From the NCBI GenBank assembly GCA_951406725.2, contig OX597823.1:64976001-65040000 (forward strand): DNA of 64,000 nucleotides, read 5' to 3'. This DNA is from Octopus vulgaris. Lineage: Eukaryota. Numbering within the stretch: position 1 is the first letter of the stretch; each line of letters opens with the position of its first letter. The notes under the pieces were generated by a model, which was not told where the DNA came from, ran no database searches, and worked only from the letters and a program-made list of their open reading frames with translations. The position numbers were made by a program, and so were the translations under genes. Positions 41,420 to 55,203 of this stretch are shown here, one piece after another.

Positions 41420-42150
41420 ACACTTTGAAGACTACATCACATCACACTTTGAAGGCTATGCGTTTGCAATCCAGAAACGAAGAGCCTGGTAAACAACAGA
41501 GACACTGACGCTCTTGTAATCCCTATTTGCAACCGCGTGTGTAGGCTATGTCATGTTTCTGAGGAAGACATCACGAGGGTGCATAACAGTTGTTCTGAAA
41601 TGTCACGGTACTACTTCCCTATGCGCACGATGTTGTTGCTATAACAATTTACCATCCCAAGGAATACCGGTGGAATATTCCCATCAAAACATCTGTCAAA
41701 TGTAAACATAACAGGCCGGATATTGTTGTTAGGGACAGAGGGGCAAAGCTATGTATCATCATAGAGGTAAGCTGCCTTGCAGGTATAAATATCTCTTTGA
41801 AAATAAAAGAAAAAGAGGATATCTATGGACAACTGCTTCAAAACCTCCGGCTTCTACATCCAGACTATGAATGCATATTCATATCAATAATAATTGGAGC
41901 ACTAGGTTTTGTTAGTAAATGCTTAAAGGAGAATCTAGATAAAATGGGGTTTTCAGAAAGAGAGATCGACCGGCTAATTCGTACAATGCAAGTGCAATGT
42001 GTGAGTGGAAAAAGAAAAATATGCAAAACTTTTCTCAAGATCTAAATGTGAATTTATCCGTGTTAACTTCATATAAATCATGGAACCTTGTATCTTTGCT
42101 GGAAATTGGCTTTCTCGTCAGTGGAAACTTTGAAAAAATTAAAAACTAGA
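41420..42150 (+). mobile_element. 3' fragment of RLE-type (R4/NeSL/R2 group) non-LTR retrotransposon
   Basis: CRLCH..EDI.. zinc knuckle, RHDVVA, KHNRPDIVV..IIEVSC and K.KEK..Y..L..IIIGALG. Frameshifted and preceded by (CATA)n. Confidence 0.8.
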
Positions 42151-42167
42151 AGAGACATCCATGCATA

Positions 42168-42650
42168 CCTGAAGATCTCTAAAAGAGAGAATAACTACGC
42201 TGAACTGTTGAGAAATCTGCTGTTACTCTAACCACATTACAAGTTCAGGTTTGTACCTGTAATTATTGGGGCCCTGAGATATGGTACACACTGCCTAAAT
42301 ACCAATCTTGAGAAATTAGGGTTCTCAAAATCATAAAGGTGAAAGCTAATTTGAAGACTACAGATCCAATCCATCACTGGAAAACTGTAAAGCTCTGTAA
42401 AACTTCCCTGAAGTTTATCATTTGAATATATATGAGGAGCATGTTTAGATATGCAACTATATGGGTGCTACATTCATAAAACAAAGCATACGAATCTGCA
42501 TGCATGCATGAATACATACATACATACATACATACATAGAAAAAATACCCTGTTGTTGATGTTGAAATTCCAATGAAGGAGGCTTTGACCTAGGTTTGAA
42601 ACCAGCTCTTTCTCTATTGGCAAGAAATCTCGAAATAAAACTGAATAATT
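42168..42650 (+). mobile_element. Second, related RLE-type LINE 3' end directly downstream
   Basis: LKISKRENNYAELLRNL..YKFRFVPVIIGAL..CLNTNLEKLGFS is paralogous to 41797-42045. The 3'UTR ends at aataaaactgaataattg followed by cata repeats. Confidence 0.75.
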
Positions 42651-42809
42651 GCATACATACACAAATACACATACACACAATGCATCATATCATTATACTT
42701 AACTATCAGATTGGTTCTGTCAGCTGAAATGTGCGGTGCCTCTAGTCATTATGATCCTTCATTTTATTACTAACTTTTAGTTCGGTTACTAATTCTCCCA
42801 ACAACTTAC

Positions 42810-42978
42810 TGGAAGTTTACTTGTGCAAGAAGAAATCCTTGCTGCGAGCTAGAAGTCATATAAATCTTAAATGGCTTTTCGTAGCTATACATTCATTTTA
42901 ATGCTTTATTTTCTGGACCAGGTAAGATTACTCTTCCATTGTAATTCTATACTCTGCGGTCATTCAAATGCTACACAC
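42810..42978 (-). pseudogene. Pseudo-exon resembling dynein AAA5 (Y..NFR.YMTT...NF)
   Basis: Acceptor tacttttaaag|G and donor CA|gtaagt. Translation ..NGRVILPGPENKALK*MYSYEKPFKIYMTSSSQQGFLLAQVNF(H). The phase-2 end is compatible with the segment starting at 32433. Confidence 0.45.
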
Positions 42979-43455
42979 CTTTAAAAGTACATTATTTCTA
43001 TCTAAGCTTATATGATCAGACATTTTTTGACTTACCGACATAATGTCGTTTCCCACCCCACATTCACCATTCATATTCATCTGGGTTTGAATGACAACCG
43101 AGTGTATGATACAAAAGTAAATTTACTACAGAATTTTAGAATAGTGCTACATTCCATTATCGGATGAATTGCATTGATTTTTATCTTATCCATTATGTTT
43201 ATAACATGAGAACAAAGATCATACTTTATACAATTCGAATGTTTTTTTTTTTTTAACTCAAGAACTAAAAGACTAAACCAATCTAGAGAGATAATATTCC
43301 AACCTCGAATTATGAGGTCGACAATTGTATCTTATTTAAATATCTCATCCCAAAACGTGGTTTTTTGTATGTGCAATCTGTTGCAGAATATTTCATATTT
43401 TAATACGACATTGTAAGGACGGTTTTTTCTGTTGTGCACACACACACACACACGC

Positions 43456-43529
<74 letters not shown>

Positions 43530-45334
43530 GTATGTCTGTATGTACAATACTGTGTGGGTATATATCTCGTTCACTCTTTTCATATACACACTGAAACACA
43601 CAAATGCACACATGCTTACCCATATTGGCCTGAGTGTATATGTGTTGGTAGTGTACATTGTGCTTTCCTTAATAGTATTTATTTAGCCGTGCTACTCAGC
43701 AAGTAAAAATACTATGCAAGATGATTTTTGCGTCTACCTTTTTATACTTGTTTTGACTGGAGAGAAGAGTAGTGTTTATGGACTGTGCAGGCTCTTTTAG
43801 AAAGACAGAATTATCTTCATTATTGTTCCAATGGCTCAGTGGTTAAGGCGTCGGGCTCACAAACTGCTCAGTGGTTAAGGCGTGAGCTCGATTCCTGGAC
43901 CGGGCTGTGTGTTGTGTTCTTGACTAATTTTATTTCACGTTGCTCCAGTTCACTCAATTGTAGAGACGAGGTGCAACGTCACTGGTGTCAACCTGTATCG
44001 GCCTGTGCCTTTCCCTTGGATAACACTGGTGGCGTGGAGAGGGGAGGCTGGTATGCATGAGCGAACCAACGTGTGTATATGTACGTTCGTATTTATGTGT
44101 GTATTATGCATTAAAAGAAAAAAAAGTAGAGATACGTACAACTACTTACTCCTACTTCTCCCTTTTTGATTCAGCTTAACTCTAAATATTCTAAATGACC
44201 TGAGATGCTCGTCTTGCCATGGTTTTTGTTTTCCTTTTCCTTGGGTATATACTGACTCGAAAGTCTACTACAGATCCCTAGCTCCAGCCTTAGCTGTGAA
44301 CTTAGAACCTAATGGATGACTAATTATAGCCCTTATGCAGCCTACCTATTGGTTGAGATCATCAGTGAACTAAACCCCCTCACACTCTTTATGTATGTGT
44401 GTGTGTGCGTGTGTCTATGCGTGTGTAATTGTAATGTGTATATTCGGTACGTGAAAATATTGAAACACCTAAATTCTAATGAATTCTACAACCGATTAAT
44501 TATATACACCCACAACGGTCAATCTTCTAGGGTACTCTCTAGGTACAATCCCATGGTTATTCATGACCGAAGGCGATTTTTAATCTTTACCCTGAACAAT
44601 TTTTTAAGTCAGCAATTGCGAGAAAGATATGTACAAGGAGAGCATTCTAGAGTGTCGACGTTTTGATAAGAAAAGATTGAGCATAGCAGTTAGTGTGTGT
44701 GTGTCGGGGTTGGTGATGGTTAAAGAGGTAGACACGAGTGATGGGAGTTAGAGAGACGAGCAGGAGTTACTAAATGGAGGCGGGATGCACCCAACCATTT
44801 CCAAGAATCTGACAGAATTATAGAAGTAATGGAAAATGCAGCGAGAGGAAACTGCTTGCTTATAGACAAGAAAATAGAGCGTGCTGGTGAATGGTTTTGT
44901 AGCAATCAGTCAGGTGGTCTTTTTCTGGATACACCCAAGGCTGTCTGTGTGTACAGAAGCAAACCTGTCCCAGATTTTAGAGAGATAGTATACAGTACTT
45001 CTTATTTGAGTTTTGCAGAATATAGCATGGAATTTTTTCAGTGAACAGGTTGCGGTCTCAAAGCGACGAAAATATTTTGACAAATTAAATTTAAATGTTG
45101 AAGTGAATCTAACGGATTTTGTGTGTTTCTTAAATGGCTTATAAACACCTTCCACGCTGCAACTGTTTTCGTTCCTGCACACGATCTCAGATCAGGTCAC
45201 TTGGTATGCAAGTACATCTCCCTAATATTCTTTTTTCTTTTTTTGAAATTGTAAAAAATTGTAATGCGAATATGAAGAAACAAATAATTATCTGAAAGCT
45301 AAACAAGTAGCAAAATAAGGTAACTATATATATA

Positions 45335-45392
<58 letters not shown>

Positions 45393-46993
45393 AGTGTGCG
45401 TGTGGAAAGAGAGAGAGATTGAATTTGAATATATAGAATATAATAGAAAGTGTAATTATAAATTTGACATCCAATGAGAGATTAAGAAAGAGGAGGTATC
45501 TTTGATATTGGAACTTAACCACTTGTGCGAAAAGTTACCAAGAAGAATACAAGAGTTTCAATGGAGGAAGAAAGGCAGGAGTAACGGAGAAAGATGTTGT
45601 TCTATTTCAAATAACGATGAAGATATGCATTCATATGTGTTTGTGTATGTGTGCGTGCGTGTGTATGTGTGTATACAGCGATACAAAAGGCTTCCATCCA
45701 CTTTGTGTTTTTCCAATCTCCACTCACAAGCTATTTCTTCAATGGACCGCTTACTAGGATCAAACATAAAACCACACAGTAGCGAAATGAGCTTCTTAGC
45801 TACACACGCATGCCTAATACTCAACTCCAAATATATTTAATAATCTCATAATCCATTGTGTTAAGTTTCAAGCAAAGATCTCCATCGATTTATTCATTAT
45901 ATGAAACTGTCTGCTCTGTTCAGTTTATTTAGTTTTGTTTCTCTCTTCGTTTTATTGATTAACTTTTTTTTAAGGCTGTTGTGTAAGATTACATCGAATT
46001 TTCATGCGATAATTCGACCTCTGATACTAATTAGATTAGAAGGATCAATTTTTCTACATTTCTACCTTCACCTATAATGTTGTTAGCTAAATTTGTTCAT
46101 TGATATGAAAATATACTTTTGACAAGTGCATGGAATAGTTTTATTTTTAGATTTATTAAATAAGTTAATGATTGGGCGAGACGGTTACCACCTCCCAGAT
46201 GCAATGATTTATTCACTTTCAGATAAAAGAAAGCAAAATCTCGTGAGAGTGAGGGAGAAATCTACCTTTCATTGTCTGAATTGTGAATATAGTCGAAATA
46301 ATTCCTGGTAGAAATTGATAGACGTTATTTCCTAAAAGGTGGCGCAAGTGAATACAAATTACCAGTTTCAGTAACCAAAGAAAGAACGCATTCCCGTCGC
46401 ATAACATGCTAGAAATAGCAACCTGATCTCCATAAAATCATACCTTATCGTTTCAAAATATGATAAAACCTTTGAGAAAGGGAGTCTAAAGTTCAATATA
46501 TCTGAACAGAAGGTAGAATGGTTATGGCTGAAACACCTTTAGTCATAAATCTTGTCAATCAAGTCTGATCTGGAGTGACACAAATACAGGAGAGTTATAA
46601 TTGGTTGGGTGCATAACCTTCATTAGCAACGAATTTTTTATTTTCTGGTAGGCAAAATCAGTAGGCTGACAAATGGTTTGAATGACAGAGAGAACCTACC
46701 GGCCTATATTTAATAACTTACTCCTGTCTTTCATATTTAAGACACCTGCATATGGTATTTTATCTGGGACATTTTGTTAATGTACATAATCGACGTCACT
46801 ACACTTTCTCCATTTCTGTATATACATTATTCTTTCTTATCCCTACAAATTGGTTAGTGTATGCTTCGCGGAGGTGTTCCAATTACGCCAAAACATGCCA
46901 CTGTTATCAGCAGCTTGTTTTAACCTTGCATCAAAACAGTTACGTGTAGATAAATTAAGTGCCAGTTGATCACTGAGGTCCATATAATCTACT

Positions 46994-47364
46994 GTGGAGG
47001 CGCAATGGCCCAGTGGTTAGGGCAGCGGACTCGCGGTTTCGATTCCCAGACCGGGCGTTGTGAGTGTTTATTGAGCGAAAACACCTAAAGCTCCACGAGG
47101 CTCCGGCAGGGGATGGTGGTGATCCCTGCTGTACTCTTTCACCACAACTTTCTCTCACTCTTACTTCCTGTTTCTGTTGTACCTGTATTTCAGAGGGCCG
47201 GCCTTGTCACTCTCTGTGTCACGCTGAATATCCCCGAGAACTACGTTAAGGGTACACGTGTCTGTGGAGTGCTCAGCCACTTACACGTTAATTTCACGAG
47301 CAGGCTGTTTCGTTGATTCGGATCAACCGGAACCCTCATCGTCGTAACCGACAGAGTGCTTCCA
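46994..47364 (+). mobile_element. SINE family C copy
   Basis: Perfect 10-bp TSD ataatctact at 46984-46993 and 47365-47374. Confidence 0.85.
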
Positions 47365-47678
47365 ATAATCTACTATTTCCTTCCCTCCAGATTTTCAGGT
47401 TTTGAGCACCCATAGTAGAAAAATATCACTAAGAAGTGAATACGTCAACTTGAAATAATCTAAAATTATCCGTACAAAGTTTGAGAGTCTATACAGTCCC
47501 AACTTATGATGTCTAAAAATTTCCGTTACCTGATCTCATTGGAATTATCTCTTTTGTTAGTTTATTTCGTATTTTAAACAACCCTAGATGGAAAATTTGT
47601 CTACCAATTGCGTGGATAACATTAGTTGATCAAAGTTGAAAACCTGATTTTCCATACAGTAGATTCTAACGTATTATA

Positions 47679-48074
47679 TCTTTATATATAAAAGTAAGGT
47701 TGTGTGTCTGTCTCCTACGATTTAGATTCCTAACTACTCCCACATTTTGCAGTGCAGTTTAACCAAAACCGGGTATCTTATAGTCGTGATTCATATCGAG
47801 CCCTTCTGGGTATTAGCGCGCGTCTACGATGAGTCTACGATTTAAAAAAAAATTTACCATCATTCTTTTCCATTTTAATGCATTTTTTCCGCTATTATAT
47901 AAGGGAAGTAACTCTCTAAAAATGTCTACGATGAGTCAACGATTTAAAAAAAAATTTACCATCATTTTTTTCCCATTTTTAATGCATTTTTTTGTTTTTT
48001 GGCTATAACTCTCTAAAAATGCTTATATAGTTATTTCCCTTACAAACCCGAGCAACGCCGGGCGATGCCGCTAG
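47679..48074 (+). mobile_element. Non-autonomous Helitron
   Basis: A|TC...cccgagcaacgccggg...CTAG|T. Highly similar to 63560-63954 and has an internal duplication (ctacgatgagtc..). Confidence 0.8.
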
Positions 48075-49690
48075 TTTAGTATATAAAACGCTCTCCTGAG
48101 TTACCTCCCGCTTCATCTTGTTGCTGTTTGCATCAATTCAGCGTTGATTGAGATTTATGATCAGTAGCGTTTCAGTCATGACTCTCTTATCTCTTTGTGT
48201 CTATCTTAGTACAGTACCCACTGTAGTTTTGCAATTTTAAGTCAATATGAAGAAGGGGTGGAACAAAACGAAAAGCGAAAGATGAATGAAGAATAGATTT
48301 AAATGCTCTTAATTAAGAAACGCCTAAAACAAACAAAATGTGTCAATGAGTCTCATTCTGAATTGAAAATATTCACCTCAAACCTTTTCTGTTTTCTCAA
48401 ACACATTTGTCAGAGGAGACAAAATGAAATTGGCTGTCATTAGAATCATGGTTCGCTAGATTGAAAACGATTTCTTCGTGAGGTTATCAAACGTCAGCAA
48501 TTTGGCTGTACTTCTGATCTACAATACCGCCCGCCCTATCTAAAAATATTATTTCCAAGTGTTGTTCTCATAATATTCTAATATCATGAGTGTTGACTCA
48601 TTACAGATTACTACATCATTGAATTCGCTTGTACCACATTCCTGGCGAAGTTATTAGTTAATCCTTTTCTTTCCCTTTTTTATGGTGGTAGTGGTGGGGG
48701 GATGAATTGAATTTATTTTCTTTTAATTATTCTTCATATTTTATTTCTGCTTGACACTACACTTAAAAGGCAACTTGAAGTGATATTCTTCTCTTAGTTA
48801 AAGTTCAATCCCTAATCTAGCTAAACAATGTAACCTGAAGACGGTTGGAGACAATACCCATTAAAACGTTACTTCAAAACACTTCTGGGTCGATAAAATT
48901 AGTACAAGTTGAGCACCGGGAACCATATGAACAGACTACTTCCCTCCAAAATTTCAGGCTTCGTGCGTCTATATTAGAAAGAATTATTGATAAGTGAAGA
49001 TGTCAGTTCAAATTAATGTAAAATATTTCAGTATAAAAGTAAACCAGAGAAGTTATATGTATTAGGGATAGGGACAGCTGTATTCGTGTTTTGTGGTGAA
49101 TTAGATGAAAATAGTAGTAGTAGTTTTAGTAGTAGTAGTAGTAGTAGTACAACAGCATCATTTTCATAGCACCAGTACCTCTGTATATTACATACTAAGC
49201 TTTTATGATTTCGTGTCATATACTAAAACTGCTTTAAAAAGTCCCTCAAATCTCACCCCTTAATATCTTGTAAGAAAGTATAGTGCATATTAAACAATTT
49301 TATTCTAGATTATCAACATCTGCAATCCCTTTGACCATAAAATTAACTAGTGTTCACACAAACACAACAAAAATCTGCCTGTAGTTGAGTTACTTAAATC
49401 ATGCTGGCAACTCGATATTACAGGGTGGAATAAATCAATGAAAACTATACTGACAGGCAACAGGTTTGGGTATTTAAAATTAGATTTTTCGTGTATTAGC
49501 TGAGCTCTTTAATCATTCTAATTTGCCGAGCGCCATATTTACCACGTTGCATTTTACGATCTTCTTCAAGTATCTTATAACTTTTATGTATACACCAAAG
49601 CAGTTTAATAAAAGGTGTAACGACACACGTAATTTTCTCGAACTACTCTTTTCCTTCCCAACGGGCTTTTTTCTTTTTTTCCTCTCTCTC

Positions 49691-49723
49691 TCTCTGACGA
49701 AGAGCCATGCTCGAAATGTCACA
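49691..49723 (+). ncRNA. Degenerate minimal hammerhead motif
   Basis: CTGACGA-A-GAGC cat GCTC-GAAA-TG-TC; canonical core with weak stems I and III. Confidence 0.45.
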
Positions 49724-50407
49724 TCCCTACATTTTTCTATCTTAAACTTTCTCTGAGCATCAGTCTTATACATTCCCTACGGACTTCCATTTGACATTTG
49801 TTTTTTCTATTTTTCTTATGATTTTTCATTTGTCTACACACACGCACACACACAAACACACACACATACACACACATATATATATATATATTAATATATA
49901 TATAGTTATGGTATATTCTGTTAACAACGTAGTAGAGTACAATATAAAGCTCATCCACCTTCAGATTTCATCCTATGTTATCCAGTAATAGTATTATGCG
50001 TACTTCTAGGTTTGTGCTTGGGCATCTGAGGTGTGTGAATAGATAATTGATAAAATCCTTCTTGTTGACTCCATAATGTTTTCAAGGGATTCATTTCTTC
50101 AGGTGATATAACATTAGTGGATGTTCAACAGAGGGATGTTTATCCCTTTTTACCAGTATGACGGTTACAGAAGTTTTGTGGGTATTTCATTGTGCATTTG
50201 ATGGGGAAGGGATGGGAAGGTGATGGAAATAGAGGAAGGAATGGTAGCTATATGAGGATGGAGGTGTGTGTGTGATGGTGTTGGATCTATTCCGCTATTC
50301 ATTCAGCAGATGTTAAGGATGAGCGGTACATTCTTTTGTTTGATTTTGTTTAAGGCATGATTATCTTCAATAAATAGTGAGCTCAACAGGTCATCAGTTA
50401 CTGCTGC

Positions 50408-50635
50408 TGGCGACGAGCTGGCAGAATCGTTAGCACGTCTGGTGAAATGCTTAGCGGTATTTCGTCTGCCGCTACGTTCTGAGTTCAAATTCCGCCGAGG
50501 TCGACTTTGCCTTTCATCCTTTTGGGGTCGATAAAGTACCAGTTTCGCACTGGGGTCGTTGTAATCGACTTAATCCCTTTGCCTGTCCTTATTTGTCCCC
50601 TCTATGTTTAGCCCCTTGTGGGCAATAAAGAAATA
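50408..50635 (+). mobile_element. SINE B copy
   Basis: Full-length match to 2362-2593. Confidence 0.85.
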
Positions 50636-51398
50636 TATATTTATCAGTTGCAGAGTTTTGTTGACTGAATAGATAAATGCTACTTTCTTGTGGTGACCTT
50701 TTCATTGTTTCTGTTGGTATAGTGTATAGCATCTCAAATATTGGTTGGTTTGTTTATTTGTTCGGGTTCCTTCGCTGTTCTATGATGTGTTATTTCGTTC
50801 CAAAATATTTTTTCAAACTCCAGAAATGATGTTTTGTACCTCTGTTTACATGATGTGATCACCCCAGAGTTCATATTTATCCCGTCTTCCCTGAATGTGA
50901 TTAGTTTCATGGTTTCTTCTAGGCTTAGGTTTCTTTTATGTATATATATATATATATATATATAGGAAAGGAATACATTTTTATAATTCTAATCCAGAAA
51001 TGCGTCCGTAATTAATCGAAGACTATTTGATTTCATCATTTTTCTTCTTTTTACCTATGTGAGTTACAAATATTGTTATCTGTGGAGACATATTTTGTAG
51101 GAAGATGAAATAGCGGTCTTTTGCCTGCTGTTTCTAAATTTTCGGTATGTGGCGAAGCAACTTGTTGCTAAACCCTTAATTGTTGTTATATATATCCTAA
51201 TGTTGACAAACCAAAAAACATGGCGAAACATCCGATGTCAATCATTCCAAAATAGGATTGAGGGTGAGTTACCACGTTTGTCCATGATGCCGAGGTGTTT
51301 TAAGACTAGGCGCTTTGAGAGTGTATGCACACCACCACACCACACCACGCTATTGCAGCCACCGGAAAATACACGAAGCATATACGTTAAGTATATGC

Positions 51399-51452
<54 letters not shown>

Positions 51453-51929
51453 TAATATATATATATTTATATATATGTAGGTCCCGGGTTGAGTCGGGGT
51501 TAACCACAGTAAGTAAGGTACTCAATACATAGCAGAGTAAATTAATTTATTTTATAGAAGGAGCTTCTACATGGCATGAACTGCTCTCTCACTCAATAAT
51601 AATAATAATAATAATAATGATAATATATATATTTATATATATATATATTTATATATTGTCAGATTTTGAACTCAAAGCCATCACAAGGTTTCAACACTCT
51701 CGAATAGTAAACCACACACCCACAGATTTTCGTATCCTTGCTGATCTGTTCGCATAAACTTAAAATAAGTAAGCTTCGTTTATAGTAGGAGACTCGTTTG
51801 ATTTTTTTTTTTTGGTATTTGGCAGTATAGATATACAGAAAATAGATATAAAGAAAACCCATTAACAAAGCAACAACAGCAGAGGTTTGCTACCATTTAG
51901 GATATTGATTGAGGCTAAAGAAAATATTA

Positions 51930-52013
<84 letters not shown>

Positions 52014-52044
52014 TATCCTTCAGCAATAAAGTAAGTCAAGGCGT

Positions 52045-52085
<41 letters not shown>

Positions 52086-52379
52086 GGTTTTAAATAGACA
52101 GGATGACGTGTTTATGTTCCGTTTTTTCCCCAATGATAATCACTTACGTTGGCATAAAGCCATAGGTTCAGCACAAAAGTAGGATGTTTGCAGTGGTAGC
52201 GTTGTTCTTTTCTTTTGAATTTATTTTCTTCGTGCATCACTGGTATTTTTTTATCAACCTTGGTGATTGAAATAAAATAAAAATAAAAAAAACTCAAAAA
52301 AGCAATCTGAACTCACATCTGTTGGATTTGAACTCAGTACAAGTACTCAGAAAAATAGAAAATAAAGTAAACAAAATAC

Positions 52380-52552
52380 TGCAAGTTATTTTGAGCCAGT
52401 ATTCGACTCTGTCCAAGCAATTATCTTCCAAGATATCTGACCTAACGATATTTTTACTCAGTGACTTTCTCCGTTTACAGACAGTGTGTCCGGCAGAACT
52501 TCATTCAATACATCCGAAAAATTTTAATGTGCGATCAAGAAGCAAATTGAAA
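52380..52552 (-). pseudogene. Pseudo-exon weakly resembling dynein AAA5 (LE.AI..G..V)
   Basis: Acceptor tttgtttatcatttag. Translation FNLLLDRTLKFFGCIE*SSAGHTVCKRR.., with one TGA. Confidence 0.3.
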
Positions 52553-53019
52553 CTAAATGATAAACAAACAAACAGAAATAAACACAAGCAAACAGTGGAA
52601 TCAGTGATTTTCTTCTTGTCTTATATATATTTTATTATCTCTTCGAAAAATTGCGCTTGTAATAAAATACATCATTATTTTTATATGCTATTAATCACAA
52701 ATCGTATAATATTGGTTTATAAATCACGATGTAAAAAGAAAGATGATTAAACTCGTTTTTTTTTGTTAGTTTTGTTTTTATTTTTTGTTTGTTATTTTAC
52801 AAATAGTAAACACTAAACAAGGAGATAAAATAGGCTAAATTAGAAAGAAAATATAAAGAAAATACAAAAATATAAGAAAATAAAAAGATACGTCAGCTAA
52901 ATCACTTCAGTCTTTATATATTTTTAAAGATTTATTCGGAATGGTACATAACTTTCGAAAAATATGAAACTTATGACGAAGTATTTTCTGTTTTATTGTT
53001 GGCACAATTTTTTTCATAT

Positions 53020-53371
53020 ATGCGCAGTTTTGGCTGTGTGGTAAGATACTTGCTTCCAAACCACATGGTTCCGAGTTAAGTCCCACTGCGTGGAACCTAG
53101 GCTAAATGTCTTCTGTTATCGCCTCGGTCCGACTAAAACATTGAGAGTAGATTTGGTAGACGGAAACTGAGAGAAGCTCGTCATATATATATATATATAT
53201 ATCACCGTGACCACTGTGACCGACCAGACTATCAGATGTTGATACACATCGCTGGTCACAATGCGCTTCAAATGACACCACCCCGCTGGCTAAGAGAGCA
53301 GAAGAAAGAGAGAAAGTTGTGGCGAAAGAGTACAGCAGGGTCGCCATCTAACCACTGAACCATTGCGCCTC

Positions 53372-53414
<43 letters not shown>

Positions 53415-53690
53415 CACACACACAAACACGCACATACATACCCACCCACACATATATATGTGTGTGTGTGTGTGTGCGTGTGTGTGTGTGTATGTCTTTG
53501 TGTCTGTCCCCCACTCCCTTGAAAACCGTTGCTGGTGTTTTTACGTCAACGTAACTTAGTGTTTCGGTTAAAAAAAAAGATCGATAAGAATAAGTACCAG
53601 CTTAAAGAAATAATTCCCGACTAAAACCCTTCAAGGCGGTGCCCCAACATAGCCACAGTTAAATCACTTGAAGCAAGTAAAAAATAAATG
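53020..53690 (+). mobile_element. SINE A copy with a family-C-related SINE fragment (about 53200-53375, - strand) in its microsatellite
   Basis: The head and tail of family A are separated by a reverse gtggaggcgcaatggttcagtggttag-headed fragment. Confidence 0.7.
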
Positions 53691-54246
53691 AAAAGCTATA
53701 TACATCCATCCATCCCTACATACATGCATACATACATAGTCTCTCTTCTAATTGTGGATCGTTCGGATCCTGCTCACCTCCTCTCGATTCAAGCGTGGCT
53801 TAGAAGTCATACTATATATATAATGCCTTCATGTTTGTTTACTTAAATCCTTTAAGACATCATGTTCGTTTGAATTTCTCTTTACGAATTTTTATCCATT
53901 TCTAATATCCTATTAATCCACTCCAAAGTACACTTTCTATGTTAACATATTACATAGTCAATCCCTATATTACATAAAATCTGAAACTTGCTCATACTAT
54001 TTTCTTAACATATGATGGTCGTTTACTGCACCATCCTTTACAATTTTCGCCGTGGTCATTGCTGATCTTGGTTAGTTTTTTTTTTCTCTCTCTCCCTCTC
54101 TCTGTATTCCTCTCTGTCCCATTCTCACTCACATGCATATACATACATAGTGTATGCTTGTGTACATATATAGACACGCATATACATAAATGCATGTATA
54201 TATTGTATATAAAAATACGTACACTAATACATATGTGTGTATATGT

Positions 54247-54904
54247 GCGCTTGACATTTTAATGGAGAACCCATTTCTAGTCACCAGTGACTATTCGATC
54301 CAAAAGGGTTCATTTGTGAGACATGACAGCAAAGAAGAGAACACATTCACTCTCTGTGCGTGATTAGACTCGGAACGTTTGTGAGGAACCCATTGACCCA
54401 ATTTACTAACTTTTCCGATGGCATGCAGGTGTCGATGAATGGTTGAATTACCAAATCCAAGCTTTTCTGTTAGTTCCTCAAAAGTTACGATGAAACTTTG
54501 TTTTGCAAAACATCCTCGTCGTGCTCTTCAAATCTTCTAGGATGAGGCTCATCTTCTAGGCTGTAGTTTCCGGGTGGGAATTTCTGGAACCACCGTTGGT
54601 ACTGGCTAACGCTTATTGCCCGATTCCCATATACTGCACATATTCCTCGCACTTTCCATTGCGTTCTTGCCTTTATTGAACTCATGAAGCAAATTATGCT
54701 GAATATGCTCCTTTGTCACTTCCATTATAGCTTTGAAAAATTAACTGTTAAAATCGAACTGCACTCTTCAAAACTTGCAATAAGAATAAATATAAGGTAA
54801 AATTACTACCTGCTTTTATTGCAAGTTAATGCAGGTTGTTTATCCCGTCACCCTCCGACTTTTATTTCATGAAATTGAAAAAATGCATTTTTTATGGGAT
54901 GGCT

Positions 54905-54907
<3 letters not shown>
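54247..54907 (-). mobile_element. 5' half of the same mariner family, next to (TA)n
   Basis: Reverse-complement match to 62393-63050. Encodes WFQKF..GNYSLEDEP, LGQWVPHK and IVTGD*KW. Confidence 0.85.
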
Positions 54908-54972
<65 letters not shown>

Positions 54973-55067
54973 GGGAGAGTTGAAAAAAACAAAAAAAACA
55001 AAAGACGAAGACAGGTGGTGTACAAAACAAACTGATGTATTAGTATAACGCTCAGGAATAAAAAAGT

Positions 55068-55103
55068 CTTTTACGTTTCGAGCCTACGCTCTTCTACAGA
55101 AAG
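55068..55103 (-). ncRNA. Degenerate minimal hammerhead motif in a (TA)n-flanked Penelope-like repeat (about 54968-55160)
   Basis: CTTT-CTGTAGA-A-GAGC gtag GCTC-GAAA-CG-TA-AAAG; core A6 is replaced by U. Confidence 0.45.
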
Positions 55104-55160
55104 GGACACAGAAAAACAAGGAGGGAAAAAATGTGTGTAGTGGCTAACGATCTATCATGG

Positions 55161-55200
<40 letters not shown>

Positions 55201-55203
<3 letters not shown>

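Noticed and set aside
32346-42892. Two-exon micropeptide MYSYEKPFKIY...PKHQYH* on the minus strand
   Set aside because: It is phase-compatible, but more simply explained as a stop-bounded part of the decayed larger gene. There is no promoter or expression evidence.
31965-47316. Duplicated ORFs MFIERKHLKLHEAP.. and MVVIPAVLFHH..
   Set aside because: Both copies lie inside SINE family C elements with TSDs.
52322-52750. 142-aa plus-strand ORF
   Set aside because: No recognisable product; it overlaps the antisense pseudo-exon and runs into low-complexity sequence.
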